Origin: an uncultured Campylobacteraceae bacterium
GTDB taxonomy: Bacteria > Campylobacterota > Campylobacteria > Campylobacterales > Arcobacteraceae
Assembly (NCBI GenBank): GCA_913057765.1
Contig: CAJXPH010000001.1
Location: forward strand, 1-58,149
DNA length: 58,149 nt
Direction: 5' to 3'
Part shown: in pieces, positions 17,830 to 25,766 of the stretch
Position numbering within the stretch: position 1 is the first letter of the stretch
Layout: each line of letters begins with the position of its first letter
Made by a program: the position numbers and the translations under genes
Notes under the pieces: generated by a model
Seen by the model: only the letters and a program-made list of their open reading frames with translations
Database searches by the model: none
Told to the model about the DNA's origin: nothing

Positions 17830-19167
17830 TTACTTATCAAATGCTATATCTCTTAAGAATAAAGCTGAATCAGGGAAGAATATTAAAATCGCTGACATCA
17901 ACATTAAGATTAAGAAGAATGGTAAAATTCCACTTATTACTTCTAGATATGATTTTTTAAATACTGCAATTGCTGTAAAAATATCACATCCAAATGGTGG
18001 TGTAGCGGAACCAACTGCCATTTGTAAAGTAATTACAACTCCTACTAAAACTGGATCAAGTCCAGAAGAATCAATAATTGGCATAAATACTGGTGTCAAA
18101 ATTAGTAATACCACAATTGAATCAACAAACATACATCCAATTACAAATGCTAATGAGATAACAAACAGTATAAACTCAGGACTTGCATTTTCTAAATCAA
18201 GTGCTCCAAGTAATTCTTGTGGAATCATTTCAAATGAGATATACCAAGAAAATGCTTGTCCTGCACCTACAAGTATAAATACTACTGCTGTAATAAGACC
18301 AGTACTTAGTGATGAGTCAATTAAATCTTTAAGTCCCAGTTTTTTATATATTACTACTTCTAAAATAATCGCATATAATACTGAGAATGCAGCTGCTTCT
18401 GTTGGAGTAAATGCTCCACTATAAATTCCACCAACAATAAGTACTGGGAATCCCATTGGTAAAATAGAATTTTTAATTGCTTTAATTCTTTTTGGCCAAT
18501 CTGCCCTTGGTGATAATGTAATTTCTGCTTGGTGATATACTGAATAAATATAACAATATACAGAAAATAAACCAGCTAAAATAAGTCCTGGACCAATTCC
18601 AGCAATGAATAATTCAGCAATATTTGCATTTGCTAAAACACCATATAAAATAAGACCGATACTAGGTGGAATTAACCAAGCTATATCACTTGCATTAATA
18701 ATAAGTCCTAGAATAAACGAATCTTTATACCCAGCTTTTAGTAACTTTGGTCTCATAATTGTTCCAACAGAAACAACAGTTGCTTGAGTTGAACCAGAAA
18801 CTGAACCAAAAAGCGTACATGAAATACAAGTCGTAATTGGTAATCCACCTCGGTAGTGACCAAGGAATACTTCAATTAAATCAAGTAGCCTTGTTGCCGC
18901 ATGTCCACGGGTCATAATATCTGCTGCAAAAATAAACATTGGAATTGCTATTAAAGCATTGGGTGTAATACCTGTGATCATTTGCTGAATTATATTTTCA
19001 AGAGGTAAATCTGAAAAATGTAAAAAGCCAACTATTGTTGCAACTGTTAAAGGCACAACCATTGGAAAACTTAAAAACAGAAGTATTACCATTACAGTTA
19101 AAAGAGTAAAAGTAATTACATAAACATCAAGCTCACCATTTATTACATTTTGAAAAAATTCTAACAT
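17830..19167 (-). CDS. TRAP transporter large permease (DctM; TeaC/UehC-like)
   Basis: AIPMFIFAADIM, SGSTQATV, IPPSIG, TPTEAA, TPPFG. Confidence 0.92.
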   Translation of the reverse strand: MLEFFQNVINGELDVYVITFTLLTVMVILLFLSFPMVVPLTVATIVGFLHFSDLPLENIIQQMITGITPNALIAIPMFIFAADIMTRGHAATRLLDLIEVFLGHYRGGLPITTCISCTLFGSVSGSTQATVVSVGTIMRPKLLKAGYKDSFILGLIINASDIAWLIPPSIGLILYGVLANANIAELFIAGIGPGLILAGLFSVYCYIYSVYHQAEITLSPRADWPKRIKAIKNSILPMGFPVLIVGGIYSGAFTPTEAAAFSVLYAIILEVVIYKKLGLKDLIDSSLSTGLITAVVFILVGAGQAFSWYISFEMIPQELLGALDLENASPEFILFVISLAFVIGCMFVDSIVVLLILTPVFMPIIDSSGLDPVLVGVVITLQMAVGSATPPFGCDIFTAIAVFKKSYLEVISGILPFFLILMLMSAILIFFPDSALFLRDIAFDK

Positions 19168-19712
19168 GCTTGATCTCCTATCGTTGAGTCACAGTCTTTT
19201 TCTTCAATAACATCATAAGATAGATAAATCTCATCGTGTAATAAGTTTTGAATAAATCGGATAAGAAACTGTAACCCCGCCATAAAAAAGCCTATTGGTA
19301 CAATCATATATACTAAATACACTGGTAGTTGAAGAGCTGGACTTAATCTATTAATCTCTTTTAATTGCATCACATATGAATAAGCTTCATAAGCTAATAA
19401 GAACATTAACATTGAAGTTGTAATTGCAATAATAATCATCAAAAACTTTTTCTTTTTGTGTGATAGAGAATCGTATATCGCAGTCATTCTAATGTTTCTT
19501 CCATTTCTAACTGCATAGGCAAGCCCTATGAATGTAACTGATACCATTAAAAACTGATTTAGCTCTTCTGAAAAATATATACTTTGATTAAAAACATATC
19601 TTCCTAAAGCGTTTGCAGTTGTATTAATCATCATTAACAAAATAGATAAAGACAAAAGTGCCTTTTCTAATTTTGCTGTAATGGAATTTAGTTTTCTAAA
19701 AAATTCTTTCAT
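19161..19712 (-). CDS. TRAP transporter small permease (DctQ; TeaB/UehB-like)
   Basis: Four TM segments, RYVFN..SEEL, GRNIRM. Confidence 0.9.
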   Translation of the reverse strand: MKEFFRKLNSITAKLEKALLSLSILLMMINTTANALGRYVFNQSIYFSEELNQFLMVSVTFIGLAYAVRNGRNIRMTAIYDSLSHKKKKFLMIIIAITTSMLMFLLAYEAYSYVMQLKEINRLSPALQLPVYLVYMIVPIGFFMAGLQFLIRFIQNLLHDEIYLSYDVIEEKDCDSTIGDQAC

Positions 19713-19713
19713 A

Positions 19714-20481
19714 TTATCTCTCTTTCTTTAAGAGTGAACCAAAGCCTAAAATAGGGTTTTGATACTTCGCTAATCTTAGAATATCCCAAGCCATAACTTG
19801 GTTACTTGTTAAAACTGTTTTTCCCGTAATTTCTTCTAACTCATCTATATATCTACAAATATTTAAATTTGTACAAGAAACAAAAATTGTTTTTATTTTT
19901 TCATCTTTTGCCATTTGGATTACTGCATCTTTTATAGATTCTGGTGTAATACTTGGAACTTGATTATCATTTGGATTATTAAATGTTGCAGCACTAATAG
20001 TTTTGATATTTGGTTGCATTCCTTCTATTATTCCATCTGTTACTTCAATACTATATGGAGTAATTATTCCTAACTCATTTATATTTAAAAACTCACATGC
20101 ACTTTTAATTGCTGTATATGGATTTGTAACTTCTTTTATTTCTCTTTTTGAATCACTTTGTTTAATAATTCTTGCAACTTCATCTTCACCGATTGTCATA
20201 GAAGCTGATGTACAAGATAAAGCAGCAACGTCTAGTGTTAATCCAGGAAGAATTGTATTAGCAGCACTTGCTAACTCATCTTTAATTGCCATTAAAACTT
20301 CAGGTGTTAATTCAACTGAGTCCATCATTACCCGTGAAGGGAAACATAAAACTCCTGTATCTTTTAATATTGCATCAAATTCATATAATGTAATTTGATC
20401 TGTTGCAAGAAGTATTAAACCTACTTTTCCATTATGAGAAATTGTATTGTTAAATTCACTATGTATTACTTTTATTTCCAT
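19714..20481 (-). CDS. Asp/Glu racemase / maleate isomerase superfamily protein, EutA-like
   Basis: GLILLATD, SCTSAS, TPY, SCTNL, TSNQ; two catalytic-type Cys. Confidence 0.85.
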   Translation of the reverse strand: MEIKVIHSEFNNTISHNGKVGLILLATDQITLYEFDAILKDTGVLCFPSRVMMDSVELTPEVLMAIKDELASAANTILPGLTLDVAALSCTSASMTIGEDEVARIIKQSDSKREIKEVTNPYTAIKSACEFLNINELGIITPYSIEVTDGIIEGMQPNIKTISAATFNNPNDNQVPSITPESIKDAVIQMAKDEKIKTIFVSCTNLNICRYIDELEEITGKTVLTSNQVMAWDILRLAKYQNPILGFGSLLKKER

Positions 20482-20499
20482 CTTTTATCCTTAAGAAGT

Positions 20500-20513
20500 G
20501 CCCCCGAAGGGGC
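20500..20513 (-). terminator. GC-rich hairpin with cUUCGg tetraloop after the TRAP binding-protein gene
   Basis: Minus strand GCCCC-TTCG-GGGGC followed by ACTTCTT; likely a partial terminator or mRNA stabiliser. Confidence 0.6.
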
Positions 20514-20520
20514 CTTTTAT

Positions 20521-21573
20521 TTAGTGTCTACTTTCTGCGTCTTTTACTTCTTGGATTAAATTATTTAAGATTTTTTTAGCATCTTTTTTAGCATTTTCTT
20601 TTTTCCCATCTGGATAAGCATTAGCTACAACATCTAAGAAAGTTCCATGTAAAGATTTACTAATTTCTTTAAATTTTGCTCTTTCTTCAGTTGTTAAAGT
20701 AATAAGCTTTAACTCTTTATTTTCTTCTAACATTTTTGCAGTATTTTCTTTGTTGATTTTCTTTTGGTAAATAAAGGCTGCTTTATTTGCTGCTTTAATT
20801 GCTTTATTGATTATTGCTTGTTTAGCTGGTGTTTGTTTATCAAACCATTTTGCATTAGTTGAAATTGTTCCAATATATGGTTGTTGACCTGGGAACATAA
20901 TATATTTTTGAACCATGTGCCATTTAGCATTATAAATAAAATACATTGGATTAACCATACCATCAACTGTTCCTAATTGTAATGAAGAGTAAACCTCTCC
21001 CCATGATAATGGAGTTGGAACTGCACCAAATGCTTTATAAGTTTCTACAGGAATTGTAGATGTAAATGTTCTGATTTTTTGACCTGCAAAATCTTCTGGA
21101 GTTCTAATTGGTTTATTTGCACCCCATGCCATTTCACCCTCACTAATCATTGATAATAGTTTCAAGTTAGCTTTTTTGAACTTTGGAGCTAAATCATTAT
21201 AAATAGTTTTACTTGTAGTTAATACTTCATAAGCTGCATCTTCATTATTAGTTAAAACATATGGAATTGAAATTGATTGAACTTCAGGTACATATGAACC
21301 TAAGTGACCAGTTCCAACAGATACGAATTGAATTGAACCATTTGATGTTAATTCAACAATATCATTTTCTCCACCAAGTTGTCCGTAATAATAGATTCTA
21401 ACCTTGATATCTCCATTAGATTCTTCTTTTACTACTTTAGCAAACTCTTGTGCATAAATATCTTGAACATCTTTTTTAGCCTCTTCACTTGCAAATTTCC
21501 ACGTCTCAGCACTTAAACTAACAGTACTTAAAAGTAATGCACACGCAGTGCCTAATAACTTATTTCTTAACAT
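20521..21573 (-). CDS. TRAP substrate-binding protein (DctP; TeaA/UehA ectoine-binding-like)
   Basis: Signal peptide; WKFASEE..DVQDIYAQ.F..YGQLG resembles the TeaA N-terminus; KIR, PTPLSWGEVY, DGMVNP. Confidence 0.88.
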   Translation of the reverse strand: MLRNKLLGTACALLLSTVSLSAETWKFASEEAKKDVQDIYAQEFAKVVKEESNGDIKVRIYYYGQLGGENDIVELTSNGSIQFVSVGTGHLGSYVPEVQSISIPYVLTNNEDAAYEVLTTSKTIYNDLAPKFKKANLKLLSMISEGEMAWGANKPIRTPEDFAGQKIRTFTSTIPVETYKAFGAVPTPLSWGEVYSSLQLGTVDGMVNPMYFIYNAKWHMVQKYIMFPGQQPYIGTISTNAKWFDKQTPAKQAIINKAIKAANKAAFIYQKKINKENTAKMLEENKELKLITLTTEERAKFKEISKSLHGTFLDVVANAYPDGKKENAKKDAKKILNNLIQEVKDAESRH

Positions 21574-21625
21574 ATCTAATCCTTTTTTAAGTTTATATAA
21601 TGAAAGTATATATAGTTTAATCTTA

Positions 21626-21645
21626 AAATATACTTAAGATATATT
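21626..21645. promoter_or_regulatory. Candidate GntR operator 1 (TRAP operon promoter)
   Basis: AAATATACTTAAGATATATT, quasi-palindromic, just upstream of minus-strand -10 TATACT (21605-21610); 19/20 identical to 22469-22488. Confidence 0.6.
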
Positions 21646-21740
21646 CTATGTATATAGTGAATGTTATATCAACATTATTCAGTATAATAATGATTGTATA
21701 TATTTATATGATTTAACTATTAGATTTTATTTTTAGTGAT

Positions 21741-21761
21741 GCCCTAAATTAATATTAGGGC
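21741..21761 (-). terminator. Hairpin downstream of gntR
   Basis: GCCCTAA-attaata-TTAGGGC immediately after the stop codon. Confidence 0.5.
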
Positions 21762-21766
21762 TTTTA

Positions 21767-22408
21767 TTATATAGAATGTATCCTAGTAAATTCTTCTAGA
21801 TAATCTAAAAGAGCATCTACTGCTACTATTGCTTTTTCTTTATTTTCTTCTAAAACAGCTTCTAATATATGTTTATGTAGTCTTTTTCCATCTTGATGGT
21901 CATCTTTTTTTGCATAAAAATACCAAAACCTGTGAGATAGCCCTTGTACATTTCTAAGTTCTTCATATATGAATTGGTTTTTTGAACACTTAGCTAAGAC
22001 TTTATGTCTTAGTTTTAACCAATGGAGGAATTCAACATCATCTTGTGTATCAACTACATCTAATAATTCTTGAAGAGCTTTCTTATCCAATTCAGTTAAT
22101 CTATTAATAGCTTTTTCAACACAAAGTTTTAATATAGCACGTCTTACTTCTAATAACTGTAATTGAGTAGACCCACTCATTTCAGGAATTAAAATACCGA
22201 TTCTAGAAACATTTACTAAAGATTCATTTGCTAACATACGCAATGCTTCTCGAACTGGAGTACGACCTGCGCCAACCATTTCAGATATTTCTGCTTCTGT
22301 TAAAACTGTCCCGGGTTCTATTTCACAAAAAACAATAAGATCTTCAAGTTTTTCATAAACTTGTTCTGTCATTGTTTTATTTTTTGCTCTTTTTAGTTTA
22401 TTTCTCAT
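21767..22408 (-). CDS. GntR/FadR-family transcriptional regulator
   Basis: wHTH motif GRTPVREAL plus FCD-like C-terminus; start moved to ATG 22408 (MRNKL). Confidence 0.9.
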   Translation of the reverse strand: MRNKLKRAKNKTMTEQVYEKLEDLIVFCEIEPGTVLTEAEISEMVGAGRTPVREALRMLANESLVNVSRIGILIPEMSGSTQLQLLEVRRAILKLCVEKAINRLTELDKKALQELLDVVDTQDDVEFLHWLKLRHKVLAKCSKNQFIYEELRNVQGLSHRFWYFYAKKDDHQDGKRLHKHILEAVLEENKEKAIVAVDALLDYLEEFTRIHSI

Positions 22409-22468
22409 TTTTAATCCATTAAAGATATATTTCAAATATTATATTCTAATTAATATAAATTTAATTTT

Positions 22469-22488
22469 AAATATACTTTAGATATATT
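22469..22488. promoter_or_regulatory. Candidate GntR operator 2 (divergent gntR / DMT promoter)
   Basis: AAATATACTTTAGATATATT; partial repeat AGATATATTTCA at 22423-22434. Confidence 0.6.
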
Positions 22489-22518
22489 TCACATATATTT
22501 TATGTTTATGGATTTATT

Positions 22519-23376
22519 ATGAAAAACAACACACATTTTAAAGCTTTATTAATTACTTCACTTGGCGTACTGATGATAAGTTTAGAGTCATTATTTATAA
22601 AACTTACAACAATTGAAGCAGTTTCTTTTGCCTTTTATATTGGTATTTTTATGTTTTTGAGCATAAATATAATTTTATTTACAACAAAAAAGAAAAGTAC
22701 AATTAATCTATATAAGGAAGGATTAGTTCCTATTCTTATATGTGGTGGATTATTAGGTTTATCAAATATTTTCTTTATAAGTGCAATTAAAACAACAACT
22801 GTTGCAAATACCGTAATGATTATTGCATCAACACCACTTTTTTCTGCTTTATATTCTTATTTTATTAATAAAGAAAAGATTAGAAAAAATATAATTATTT
22901 CATCTTTTTTTATATTCTTAGGTTTATTTGTAATTTTTTCATCACAATTAGGTACAGGAGATTTTCTAGGAAATATTTATGCATTAATATGTACAAACCT
23001 TTTTGCACTAGCCTTTGTAATCCTATCAAAATATAAACAAGTAAATAGATTTACGATCACTTCCTTTGCGGGATTAACAACGGCCGTAGTGTCATTCTTT
23101 TTTGTAAATAGTTTTATTCTTGATTATCATACATTAGTAATACTTTTAATTGCAGGAACATTTATTTCACCAATTGCTAGAGTTTTAATTGGTATTGGAA
23201 CAAAGCAGCTTCCAGCAAGTGAAGTTGGGTTATTAATGATTATAGAAACCGTCATGGCCCCAGTATGGGTTTGGTTTGTATTAAAAGAAGTTCCTGAAAA
23301 TAGTACTTTTGTTGGAGGAGCTATTATATTATTTACTTTATTAGTAAACTCTATTTATATATTAAAGAATAAATAA
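22519..23376 (+). CDS. DMT/EamA family transporter
   Basis: About 10 TM segments in two repeats; G..YAL, EVGLL..IE.V.AP.W. Confidence 0.88.
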   Translation: MKNNTHFKALLITSLGVLMISLESLFIKLTTIEAVSFAFYIGIFMFLSINIILFTTKKKSTINLYKEGLVPILICGGLLGLSNIFFISAIKTTTVANTVMIIASTPLFSALYSYFINKEKIRKNIIISSFFIFLGLFVIFSSQLGTGDFLGNIYALICTNLFALAFVILSKYKQVNRFTITSFAGLTTAVVSFFFVNSFILDYHTLVILLIAGTFISPIARVLIGIGTKQLPASEVGLLMIIETVMAPVWVWFVLKEVPENSTFVGGAIILFTLLVNSIYILKNK

Positions 23377-23380
23377 GAAT

Positions 23381-24382
23381 CTAAGCTTTTAGATTCCTAT
23401 TCATTATATTTTCAATTAAAACTGTGGCATATGAGCCTTTAGGAAGTGTAAATTTTACTTTACATTTATTTGTCTCTTTATGATACTGAACAAAGATATC
23501 TTTTGGATAAACAATAGCATCTCGTCGGTAGCCTTTTTCTTGAATATATGTATCATCAAATTGCTCTTCAATGACTCGTGCATCATTTATACTTCTAAAA
23601 GCTTGACGTCCAGGAAGTAATCCTGTAGGAACTATCTTTTTATCTTCAAAATCTTTTAGAATAATCTCTGTTAAATTTTTTGGTGTAAAAAACCTGTCTT
23701 TTGAGTAATCTCTAAAAACATCTCCGTTTACTGCTTTAAAAGTTTCTGGAGAACTTCTTAATCTAGTAACTAACCATTTATTAAAAAAATCACTTTGATA
23801 TGCAGATACTAACATCTTAGATAACTTCTTATCTTTAATAATTAAATCTTCATAAATATATTTTCTTGCTTTTTCTAAGTTTTCTTCACTTTCGTGACCG
23901 AATCTTTGAAAACCAAAATAGTTTGGCATCCCTATTTTTGAAATTTGTTTTAAAAGTTTTTCAATCTTTCCAACATCTTCAATTTTTACATCATGAAGAT
24001 TTATTTCAAATCTATTTCCCTCTAAATCACCAATATTCAGTTTTGTTCCATGAAGTGTAGTTTCTAATATTTCTATTTTATTATGTCTAAATTTTTTTAA
24101 ATCTTTTGAATACTTTTTTGGAATAGAAATATATTGTGTTGTAGTTGCATTTTTATCTTTTAAACCTGCATAACCTAACTCATTTTCATAGATTTGTAAG
24201 CCATTTGCTAAGCTTTCAATTAAATCCCAAGTACCTAAACCCTTTTTTTTGATTTTAGCAATAATGAAATTTCCACGACCTGCAAACTTTATTGGTTGTT
24301 CTTCAACTACAAAATCATCGATATTTTGGTAAAACCTAAAATCTAATGCTTTGTGTTTTTGTATAAATTCTCTTTTAATCAT
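23381..24382 (-). CDS. truD: tRNA pseudouridine(13) synthase
   Basis: DFVVEE, YAGLKDK.A.T.Q, GNRF, PNYFG.QRFG, F.LPKGSYAT. Confidence 0.95.
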   Translation of the reverse strand: MIKREFIQKHKALDFRFYQNIDDFVVEEQPIKFAGRGNFIIAKIKKKGLGTWDLIESLANGLQIYENELGYAGLKDKNATTTQYISIPKKYSKDLKKFRHNKIEILETTLHGTKLNIGDLEGNRFEINLHDVKIEDVGKIEKLLKQISKIGMPNYFGFQRFGHESEENLEKARKYIYEDLIIKDKKLSKMLVSAYQSDFFNKWLVTRLRSSPETFKAVNGDVFRDYSKDRFFTPKNLTEIILKDFEDKKIVPTGLLPGRQAFRSINDARVIEEQFDDTYIQEKGYRRDAIVYPKDIFVQYHKETNKCKVKFTLPKGSYATVLIENIMNRNLKA

Positions 24383-24443
24383 ATATTTATCTTTTTTGAA
24401 ATTTTGGTATTATATAATAGTTTATCATTCAAAGAGGTTTAAC

Positions 24444-24791
24444 ATGAATATGCAAAAAATTCAAACAATTATAAAAGACTTTTCAGAACAAAGAGATTGG
24501 GATAAATTCCACAATCCAAAAAATTTATCAATGGCTTTAAGTGTAGAAGCATCTGAACTTTTAGAAATATTCCAATGGTTAGAATTGGAACAAGCTAATA
24601 ATCTAAGTGATGATAAAAAAGAACATGCAAAACAAGAAATAGCAGATATTGCTGTTTATCTTATTAGAATGTGTATGAAACTAGATATAAATCTAGAAGA
24701 AGCAATAACTGAAAAAATGAAATTAAATGAAAAAAAGTATCCTCTTTTTGATGAAAAAGGTAATAAAATAAACTATGGTAAAAAAAAGTAA
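24444..24791 (+). CDS. MazG-like nucleotide pyrophosphohydrolase (RS21-C6/DCTPP1-like)
   Basis: RDW.KFHNPKNL.MAL.VEA.EL.E.FQW, QEIAD, KM.LN.KKYP; start moved to ATG 24444 after GAGG. Confidence 0.88.
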   Translation: MNMQKIQTIIKDFSEQRDWDKFHNPKNLSMALSVEASELLEIFQWLELEQANNLSDDKKEHAKQEIADIAVYLIRMCMKLDINLEEAITEKMKLNEKKYPLFDEKGNKINYGKKK

Positions 24792-24801
24792 TGGAGTCAG
24801 T

Positions 24802-25302
24802 ATGCAAAAAATATATATAGCAGGGCCAGATGTTTTTGAAAAAGACTCTATAGAAATTGGAAAAAGATATGTTGAGCTTTGTAAGAAGTATGGATTTGAA
24901 GGGCTATATCCCCTTGATAATGTAATTGATTTTGATCAGCCTAAACAAAAAATTGCTAAAGATATTTTTGAAGCAAATAAAAACTTAATAGATGAATGTG
25001 ATATTGTAGTTGCTAACTTAAATTCTTTTAGAGGGAAAGAAAGTGACAGTGGAACAATATGGGAATGTGGATATGCATCAGCACTTGGTAAAAAAGTCTA
25101 TGGTTACCTTTATAGGAAAACTACTTATTTAGAACAATTTCCTAGAGACGAAAAATTAGCTCATGGAGATACTTTTTGTGACTTACATGGAAAAATGATT
25201 GAAGATTTTGATCATCCAGTAAATCTTATGATTGCATGTTCTGTTGAAAATATTATTATAGGTGATTTTGAAAAAGTTTTAAAAAAAATAGTTAAAATTT
25301 AA
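24802..25302 (+). CDS. Nucleoside 2-deoxyribosyltransferase / nucleotide N-hydrolase family protein
   Basis: KIYIAGPDVF, DSGT.WE.GYA, NLM motifs; start at ATG 24802 after GGAG. Confidence 0.88.
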   Translation: MQKIYIAGPDVFEKDSIEIGKRYVELCKKYGFEGLYPLDNVIDFDQPKQKIAKDIFEANKNLIDECDIVVANLNSFRGKESDSGTIWECGYASALGKKVYGYLYRKTTYLEQFPRDEKLAHGDTFCDLHGKMIEDFDHPVNLMIACSVENIIIGDFEKVLKKIVKI

Positions 25303-25756
25303 AAAATAAAAAGAAATATATAAATATACCTGTAATTGAACTAATAGTTAAGGCAATAAAAATAGCTATTCCAATTTTCTTATGCTTTATTTTATTAAAA
25401 GAGCTTCTATTTTTTTTATTGATAGCTTTTAAAGAACTAATATAAAGATATATCCAACCACCTAATGAACTTGAAGATAAAATAATATGGAAAATTAAAA
25501 AACTAACTAAAAAACTATATGGAATAAAACTATCTTTTGCAAAATCTAAAAATCCCCCATAGATTCTAATCATTATCTCAAAATATAAAATAAAAAGTAA
25601 AGTTACTCCAAGAAGAAAAGTTTGAGAGATAAAATGTAATTTTATCTTCTTTCTTTTAGCTAGTAAAATACTTAATAAAAAGAAGAAAGGAAGAAAAAAA
25701 ATATATATTGTAAAAACTGTCATATAAGTTGGGGCATTATTAAAAATCGATAGCAT
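25292..25756 (-). CDS. DUF420-like four-TM membrane protein
   Basis: Four hydrophobic helices with His positions (KLH, IFHI, KHKKIG). Confidence 0.7.
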   Translation of the reverse strand: MLSIFNNAPTYMTVFTIYIFFLPFFFLLSILLAKRKKIKLHFISQTFLLGVTLLFILYFEIMIRIYGGFLDFAKDSFIPYSFLVSFLIFHIILSSSSLGGWIYLYISSLKAINKKNRSSFNKIKHKKIGIAIFIALTISSITGIFIYFFLFFKF

Positions 25757-25766
25757 GAATATTTTC

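Noticed and set aside
14180-21573. Calling the operon a standard ectoine (eut/doe) or urate (yge) degradation cluster
   Set aside because: Key genes of both pathways are missing from the window, and the M24 protein does not show the EutD-type motifs I recall
21640-21711. Possible TGTATA-N5-TATACA boxes upstream of the TRAP operon
   Set aside because: Best match is only 9/12 in TA-rich sequence and spacing is off; not distinguishable from chance
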